Source: Proteromonas lacertae (Eukaryota). From it: 64,000 nucleotides of DNA. The notes beneath the pieces are model-generated. The model was not told the origin of the DNA. It worked only from the letters and a program-made list of their open reading frames with translations, and did not search any database. A program made the translations under genes and the position numbers. Shown here piece after piece: positions 55,701 through 64,000 of the stretch. Every line of letters begins with the position of its first letter. Within the stretch, counting starts at the first letter, position 1. Where the stretch lies: positions 434,001 through 498,000 of the forward strand of contig NGBS01000292.1 of the NCBI GenBank assembly GCA_002245135.1, read 5' to 3'.

Positions 55701-58700
55701 TGAACCATCATTATTCAATAGTAAACTATGCATTCTCAAATCAGATATTCTCAATTTAGTTCTTATTTCTCTTCTTTCTAATGATTTAATCATCATTTCA
55801 TTACTTATTGAATTTCCATTACAAATATAAGATAAAGCAACTTTCACTTTTGATTCTACATCATTCTTTTTATCACTTGAATTATGTAATTCACATTGTT
55901 GTATTAAAATACATCTTTCTTCTAATCTTTTCAAATAATCATTCAATGTATTTGGTAATGAAAAATCAACATTTCTTCTTTCATTTTCATTTTCACTTTG
56001 ATTCTCTCTTTCATTTGTTTCTTCTTCCATTCTGTTGTTATAAAACTGTTTCATTTCTCTTAAATGATGTATTACTCTACATAAAGTTATTATTATTGGC
56101 TTTATTATTTCATAATCAAATTCACTTTCTTCATTTTCATTGAATATTATAAACATCTTAAATATATCTAATGATTTTTCATAAATGTAGGATAAACTAC
56201 ATAAACATTGGATTATTGGATTAAACATTTCTTCATTATTCATGATCAACTGTGGACCAATTATTCCATTAAGTTTTGTTATTATTTTAACAATGAACCT
56301 CATTGATTTATCTGTTGATTTGGATAATAAAGTGTATAATTGATTTGTCAAAGAATCACTTTTTGGTTTATTAATTGTTTGAATGAAATTATCATCACAT
56401 ATTCTCTTATCAATTGGTAGTTTGGATATATATTTGTTATTATCAAATGATTCTAATAGAAACTGTAATATTGGAGGATTTGTAATTGATTGTAATGATT
56501 CAAAGAAGAATTGTTTATCTGTATTTGTTAATCCTTTCATTTCTATTTTCTCTAATGGTTTTACATGAATCAATTCATTGAATTTATCATATTCATATTT
56601 TGATATGTAATTGTTTATGAATAATAATATCATATTTGAGTATCTAATGTAGGTTATTGAAGAAACTAATGGATGAAAAGTCAATTCTGGAACTATTCAA
56701 TTATAGTAATAAACAATATACAATATATTCCATTATTCTCTATTTCATGAGGAATTAATCCAATCACATTATAATTCATATTAAATGGAGTTTCTATTTC
56801 ATAATCTTTCATTAATCCATTACAGAATAATAGGGAATTTAACCAATATGACAACTTTTCTTCTTCATATGACATTGTAAGTGATTTTGTTAATTGAGAA
56901 GCACAATAACCACAAACATATGAAATATAATCATATAAACATTGATTTTGGATATTTCGATTATTATTCATTATTTCATAAATATCATTTCTTAAACCAA
57001 TCAAATCGGATGAAATAGCTGAGATAAATGGAAATATTAATTCATCTGATTGAACTTTGGTTATAATAAACAAAATTAAGAATAAATTCAATGGTAAAGT
57101 TTTGTAATACAAATGAATATTCTTCATCAAGACACTTTGATGAATTTACATTATTCAAATAATGTTTTACACTGATTAATAATGAATCTATCATCCTATT
57201 ATCAAATATAATAACAATATTTATACTCAATAATATAATGAAGTTTCTCTTTAAGATTACTATTATCAATTGTTTTAATATCTTTCATAAACTGAAATAC
57301 AGTTGATTCTAAAATGAATTGTAGAATTGTTTCACCTAAACAACTTTCATGATGACTTTTAATTGAAGAGGAGAGTATTTTTATAGTTTCGAAATAGAAC
57401 ATTCTGATTTTTGGATTGAAAACATCACTTTCAAGTTTATACATCTCTTTTGGATTGGTTAATAATGATTTAAATTGTTCAACAATTTGATTGGATAGAA
57501 GATTATCATATTTACTGGCATTGATCAATATTTCTAGTTTTGAACCAGGAGGTGAATCTTTGAGTATGTTTATACAATAATTCTTCATTATTTCTGATAA
57601 TTTTATATTCTTCAACAAATTTCTTATCTTCTCATTGTTTTCTTTCTCATTAATCCAATCATTGTATTTCTCAATTGTTGTATTGATTGTTATTAACAAA
57701 TTTCCATATTCTTCTGAATAATCACATCCACTATTTGATAAATCATATGAATAAAGATAATTCATTTCTTTATTCAATAAATCAAATAACAAAACAATCA
57801 TCTCTATATTATCAATTGTTGTTTTTGGATTTGACATTAGTAGTTGAATGTAGTTTAACAATACTGACAGATAATGAGGATGAAGATCTAAAACATGCCA
57901 ATTACCCAATCCAAGTTTGTTAATTATTCTAAGAAATTCTAATGGATAGTTAGAATAGTATAATTTCTCTTCTTCTTCATATGAAAACATCTTTGCATCT
58001 TTAATTGAAAGTTTTATTTGGATGAATATATCAAACAATTTCTGTTTATTCTCTTCATTCATTTTGATTCTGGCTAAATTCATTAGAAATTGAAGTAAAT
58101 AGTCAATTGCTCCTGCTTTTAATACCAAATCTAACATTACAGAAACTGATTCATTATAATAATCTATCTCATTTGAGTTTAAAATATGGTTGAAAAGTTT
58201 ATCAAATATCTTTCTAATTGAAATATCATATCTACTATTTGATGAATCTTTTGATTAAATAAAATGTATCTATGGAAATATTCTCACTCTTCCCATTGAA
58301 TAAAGTAACTTCCAATTCAAATAGATTATTGAATGGAATTTTATCTTTTTCAAATACAGCACATAGATTTTTATCTTTTACATCACTTTCATTCAATTGA
58401 TAATCTATTTCGATTGGTGAAATAATCTTTGAATCATAGTTAAAAATGAATTTTATTCTAAATAATTATAAACAAAACATTATACTTTTTGGGTATTTTT
58501 TCATCTTTGAATATTATGAATGCATTCTTTATTGGATCACAAAAATTATACTGTCTGCTGTAATAGAAATGATATATCTTATCATTACCAACAAATTCAT
58601 CTATATGAATGAAATAATTCAATAAATATACATTTCGATTTACTGAATGGATATAGTATTTCTTCATATAAACAAATGTTGTACAATTTTGATCTATTAT

Positions 58701-59252
58701 ATAATGAATTATATGGTTAATTATACAGTTCATAACTGTTGTTATATGCTTTTAACACCAGTTGAATTTCTTTTAAAACTTCTGCATTTATATTTGTCAT
58801 ATTTTTTTCTATTTCATTGATAATCTGATATTTATCATCCTTTGTACATTTATAAATCAATTTAATAATATTATTATTATTATTTGTCTATATAAATTAC
58901 TAAAAATAATATACTGTCTTTATATAATCACCATCTTCTTCAATTAATAAAAATAGTAAGTTGTTTATTCTCATTTCCACATCTTTACTTCTTTTGGATG
59001 TAAATTCAACATAACCGTTATTTATCTGATTGTCATAGCACTTTTTATAGAAATCATCTTCTTCATTATACCTTTTTGTGAAGATATTGGAAGTTTTCTA
59101 TAATATAATCATACATAATATACATTACCAGTTTTAATATCGGTTTTGTATAAAATTTCAAGAAAATGTGGACATTTTTCTCTTTCTTTAGTATTTGAAT
59201 GTGATTCACTGCTTTTAGATAATGCACCACTCTTATTAATCTTAACGTTCAT
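49705..59252 (-). CDS. Very large HECT E3 ubiquitin ligase
   Basis: HECT domain (FANEGASDAGGPYRE, FVWGRSRLP, LPSASTCSFLINLPDYS), RanBP2 finger WKCIACECDN...CKVC, and a UBA-like segment. Many exons. Frame break at ~52530-52570. Confidence 0.85.
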
Positions 59253-59980
59253 ATATTACTTATAAAATTAGAAAATGATGAAATGAGTTTAAAAGAGAGA
59301 GAAATAATGTAAAAAATGATAGATATATATATCCAACTATAAACAGCGATAAAAGAACTACTTTTAAATGCTCAGTTAAGAAGATAACAAAGAAATATTC
59401 AAATATATAAATACCTCGAATCTTCTATTTAAATTTCTCATTAATTCTTTGGCTCTTCATTTACATATTACCGCCATCAATAAAAAAAGCCGATAAACAT
59501 CTATGAACAAATAATAAATGGATATCGGTATTTTATACTTTCTAACTAAGAGTATTTATTAGCCAATAGTTGTTAATAAAACACTAGAATAGTGAAAGTA
59601 CATAACTGTATTAATACTATTTAATTATATTATATAAGGTATTAAAACTACTGTTACAGTTTGTTACTACCTCAATTTATATCATTAGTCTATTCATAAA
59701 TGTATATACAATATTATTTATATACAACACCCATAGTTTAATAATTTTACTGTTGCTTCCCTTTAATACTAAAACATCAGTATTTATTCATGTTTTCGTT
59801 TTTATATTATATATTCGTTTAGATACCTTTATACTACTAATTGTAGAAATATTAAGCTCATATATGATATAATTAAACATATATAGAAAATTATTCAAAT
59901 TGGGAGATTTTTTGGATTAAAATCTATTTTGAATATTTTCGAATAAAACTCCAATAAACAAATAAAATAATATACAATTA

Positions 59981-62089
59981 TTAAAACTCACATTTGTCAC
60001 TATCACAGAAACAAATGCTTGAAGGAAAAACGCCATATTCATTTTGATCTTTCTTTTCATCTAAACCACTTTCTTTTATCTCATTTATACTCTCTAATTT
60101 CTTTCTTTCTACAAATTTAACGGGTTTTAATCGTTTTATCAATCGATTATATTCTTCTTCAGTAATTTCTTCATAAGGCATTTGAGGATAAGCACCACAA
60201 TCTAATTTTGGTAAGAATGAAATGCCTTTTAATTTATATTGGAAATAATCTAAAGCATGTGGAATTTGACTTCCTTCTGTTTTTGGATCAAATGTTACAG
60301 TACAAGATACTTGATTATCTGCCCAATATCTTTGTACAAAAGCAGCTAATGATATTTGTTCATACATTGACACTTCTTTTAACGTTCTTACATTATCACC
60401 AACATCAACAGGGATTTCAACTACCATTGTAGTATTTGGACTATATACATCAGCTTCTACTTTATATCCAGCTTTTTCTAATGGTTCAAGTAATGGTGAA
60501 CCTGCTGCTATTCTTACTCGACGAATATAAAATCGACTTTCAGGGAAATGCATTCCTGGAGTTGCTCCGGCTAATAAACTCACAGTTCCACTTGGTTTTA
60601 TTGAAGTTGTTTTTATACTTTTAGGAATACAAAACCATTCACTATACACATCATCCCATTTTTGGATTTCTTTATAACCACTATCTAACCAATCTCTTAA
60701 TTCATCGATATTATATTTTGATAAGAATTGAGCTATTCCACTTACACTACAACCGATTCTTCTATTTCTCAACATCACTCGATTTGTTTCAGGCCAATGA
60801 GTCATTCTTAATGTTACTGTTTTTGCATATAAATAAGCGAATTTCAAAGTTCTTAAATATTCTTCTTTTGATGAATGTCTTGTTGGGAATGTTTCCACTA
60901 AACAACATAATTCATATGATTCTAAAGATTGTTCTAAACATGGATTTCCACCTCTTACTCTATAATCTTTATTATCTGGTTTATCACACATTCTTCCATA
61001 TTTCTGCATATTTTCTAACCAACATAAACCTGGTTCACCATTCATTTCAATATGTTTTGATATTTCTGAATAATCCATTCCAATTTTAGCAAATACTGAA
61101 TTATTACTAGTCCAACCATAAGCTGCTCTATCTGGATTCTTTTCATAATTCTTTAAATCTAAAAATGAACTATCATCTGGTTCACCAAAGGCTATTTCAG
61201 CTGTTCTTCTTATATTTCCACTTACTACACATTTCCCAATTAAATTAAATATATCTATTATTGTTCTACTATCTAACAATTGATTAATTTTCTTATTCAA
61301 TATTATTTCTAATGATTTATGTAATTCTTTTAATGGATCAGGACCACAGGCAATTCCACCGAATGTTTTTAAAGGAACACCTTTTGGACGTATTAATGAA
61401 TAATCAAATTTCATTTTTGGTAATTTTTTTACAGATTTTTTATTCTTATTTATTATACCAAAGTATGAATTTAATAATTTTCCTAATGATATTACCCATC
61501 CTTCTCTACTATCTTCTATCACATATATCTCTTCTTTTGTATTATCTGGTCCTACTATTTGTATCTTATTTTTGCCTTTTGTATCAAATCCTACACCAAC
61601 TCCTAACATTGAAGCATCCATTAAGAATTCAAATGGTTTTGATGGGTTTTCATCAATATCTATATTCTCTGTTGATACAAATGCACAATTGTTGAGTGCT
61701 GCTGCTAATTTCTTCTCGTGAACTATTGATGTTCCCATTGCCCATAAGCCTCGACCTGGTGGTAAGAATTTCATATTATAAATTAGATCGTACATTGTTT
61801 GAGCAGATTTTTGGCCTTTTTCTTCATTCCAAGGTAATTTCATTGATTTCATAAAGTCCTTTTGTATTGTGTATGTACCCTCTACTACACGACGTACAGT
61901 TTGATACCAATCTTCTGACTTACCATTTGGCATTGTCCTTGAATATGTTCTTCTATAAGCTAGTTCACCAAGTCCATTGAATCCAAATGGTGGTGTTATT
62001 GATTGATATTTCTGTACAAATGATGAATTAAGTTCAAAACTCAATTTCATTGTATGGATTGATCTTATCAAATGAAATTTCAAAATCAT
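59981..62089 (-). CDS. nrdJ: Class II (adenosylcobalamin-dependent) ribonucleotide reductase, monomeric RTPR-like
   Basis: YRRTYSR, FLPPGRGLW, ALNNCAF, GVGVGFD, SGNIRRTAEI, GGNPCLEQ (thiyl Cys), TSIKPSGTVS, WADNQVSCT and C-terminal FCDSDKC. Intronless. Confidence 0.93.
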   Translation of the reverse strand: MILKFHLIRSIHTMKLSFELNSSFVQKYQSITPPFGFNGLGELAYRRTYSRTMPNGKSEDWYQTVRRVVEGTYTIQKDFMKSMKLPWNEEKGQKSAQTMYDLIYNMKFLPPGRGLWAMGTSIVHEKKLAAALNNCAFVSTENIDIDENPSKPFEFLMDASMLGVGVGFDTKGKNKIQIVGPDNTKEEIYVIEDSREGWVISLGKLLNSYFGIINKNKKSVKKLPKMKFDYSLIRPKGVPLKTFGGIACGPDPLKELHKSLEIILNKKINQLLDSRTIIDIFNLIGKCVVSGNIRRTAEIAFGEPDDSSFLDLKNYEKNPDRAAYGWTSNNSVFAKIGMDYSEISKHIEMNGEPGLCWLENMQKYGRMCDKPDNKDYRVRGGNPCLEQSLESYELCCLVETFPTRHSSKEEYLRTLKFAYLYAKTVTLRMTHWPETNRVMLRNRRIGCSVSGIAQFLSKYNIDELRDWLDSGYKEIQKWDDVYSEWFCIPKSIKTTSIKPSGTVSLLAGATPGMHFPESRFYIRRVRIAAGSPLLEPLEKAGYKVEADVYSPNTTMVVEIPVDVGDNVRTLKEVSMYEQISLAAFVQRYWADNQVSCTVTFDPKTEGSQIPHALDYFQYKLKGISFLPKLDCGAYPQMPYEEITEEEYNRLIKRLKPVKFVERKKLESINEIKESGLDEKKDQNEYGVFPSSICFCDSDKCEF

Positions 62090-62266
62090 TTTTTAATTTG
62101 GAGGGATTTCGCGGCATCTGATTAAGATAATGCAATGATTTTGCTTTTTGCTATGTTATTATTCTTGTAGGAGATTAGCCATACAATTAATTTTCTCAAG
62201 ATGAAAGAGTAGTATCACAATTAAAGAAATTATTGAGAAAAAAACACTGTTATAAGAGAAAAAAGA

Positions 62267-63880
62267 TTATAATATGTATTTTTTAGGATCATCTGGATCA
62301 ATCATATCTTTTAATTTCTCCTCTACCATCTTTTCATCAACTACATACTTTTTACCTTTATAATCAGGAGCATCAAAACTAATCTCGTCCATAAGTTTTT
62401 CAATAATTGTATGCAATCTTCTAGCACCAATATTTTCAACAGTAGCATTCATTTGGAAAGATAAACTTGCAATCTTCTTAATAGCTTCTTTTGTATATTC
62501 TAACTTCACACCTTCAGTAGATAATAAAGCTTCTTGTTGTTCTAGCAAGTTATATTTCGGTTCAGTGAGAATTTGATAATAATTCTCTTCTGTCAAGGGC
62601 TGTAAGTCAACTCTGATAGGAAACCTTCCTTGTAATTCAGGTAACAAACTAGACACTTTAGTTGTATGAAATGCACCAGATGCTATAAAAAGTATATGAT
62701 CTGTATGAATAGGTCCATATTTAGTAGTAATTGTTGTGCCTTCAACTAGTGGTAATAAATCACGTTGTACACCTTCCGCACTAGCATCTGCTGATTTATC
62801 TTTATCACCACTAACAACTTTATCAATTTCATCAATAACCACTATTCCTTTTTCTTCTACAGCTTTGATAGCATCAGAAATTGCAGATTTATCATTCACA
62901 AATTGTGAAAATAATGATTCAAATATATATGGTCTAGCATCTTTGACTGATAATGTTTTACTAACTGTTTTATTCTGATTGATTGCTTTACCTAGAATTT
63001 CACCTAATATTATTCCACTACCTGCATCTAATGAGACATTGGTAAAGGAGGGAAAATCTTTTTCAACAACATCGATTGTGATTTGTCGATCATCTAACGC
63101 ACCTTCTCGAAGGAGTTTTCTAAATACTTCACGATCCTTTTTATCATGTTCTATACCGATTAATGAGTCTAATATTTTATTCTATTCACAATAATAATTT
63201 GAAAATATTAAAAGATAAAATAATATTCATACTTCAACTTGTTCATCGATTTTCTTCTTCATTTCTTTTTCTTTTAGTTTTTTTAATAGATTTATTCCAT
63301 TATCTAATAGATCTCTATATATTAATTTATAGTTATTAATTAATAAAAATATATACGTTATTATTGAATCAACATCTTTACCATGAAAACCAACTTCAGT
63401 ATATTTTGTTGCTTCTACTTTCACAAATGGAGCATTACATAGAGTAGCAAGTCTTCGAGAGATTTCTGTCTTACCACATCCTGTTGGACCTACCATTAGT
63501 ATATTCTTTGGATATATTTCCTTTTGTAAATCACTTGATAATTGTAAACGTCTCCATCTATTTCGTAGTGCTATTGCAACGGCATGTTTTGCATCCTCTT
63601 GACCAACTATGTGTTTATTTAATCTATCTACTACCTATAAACAATATTTCATGAATGAAATACTTCTTTTGGTGTTAGAGGTGGTAAATCATGAGCAATG
63701 CTCTTTGATTGTGTAGTATCTGTATTTTCTTTACTACTAACAACATAAATAATATAAATACGCTGATTCAGCCATATATCGTGTTGAAATAGATATACCA
63801 CATGTTTTTATATTTGTGTGTAATATATAATTAGATCCAATCGATCTTTTTATTGAGAATAATGCAAATTTCTGAAACAT
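62267..63880 (-). CDS. hslU: HslU (ClpY) AAA+ ATPase with organellar presequence
   Basis: [65 protein letters not shown] and NIGARRL. N-terminus [14 protein letters not shown]. Several short introns. Confidence 0.95.
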
Positions 63881-63921
63881 TTTATTTCTCAAACCAAGCT
63901 TGTTCTTTTAAATACATTTTG

Positions 63922-64000
63922 ATGAATTCAAGCAGAATAAAGAAATCGGGAAGGAAGAAAAATAGAAGCAATGTTGAAGAATCAGAACATGAATCTCCCG
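63922..64000 (+). CDS. Possible start of a divergently transcribed gene (partial)
   Basis: ATG at 63922 opens MNSSRIKKSGRKKNRSNVEESEHESP to the window end. Confidence 0.35.
   Translation, partial: MNSSRIKKSGRKKNRSNVEESEHESP

Noticed and set aside
1..64000. CRISPR arrays, rRNA, tRNA, alternative genetic code
   Set aside because: No repeat-spacer array or structured RNA gene was recognised by eye. Long conserved ORFs read normally in the standard code, and internal stops are explained by introns or indels.

Overview
Very AT-rich, gene-dense eukaryotic nuclear DNA with many tiny (~25-35 nt) GT-AG introns. The gene set (class II ribonucleotide reductase, presequence-bearing HslU, EGF-repeat TKL kinase) and the ~30-nt introns fit an anaerobic Blastocystis-like stramenopile (inference). 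About 20 host genes flank a gene-poor island at ~14.1-26.2 kb. The standout feature is a complete 6,753-bp Mutator-like (MULE) DNA transposon at 17945-24697. It has a perfect 9-bp target-site duplication (CATTTTTCA) and giant 2,323-bp terminal inverted repeats that include the transposase upstream region and first 19 codons. A telomere-like (AACCCT)3 tract lies near the inner junction of the right arm. Other highlights: a probable U12-type AT-AA intron hidden in frame in an acid phosphatase, a presequence-bearing protein with a 20-Cys metallothionein-like tail missed by the ORF track, a SPRY plus Crinkler-type NTPase gene, a 7x EF-hand-module giant protein, and an intronless B12-dependent RNR with a possible organellar presequence. 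Several single-base frameshifts may be assembly errors. All family assignments come from motif recognition by eye, not database searches.
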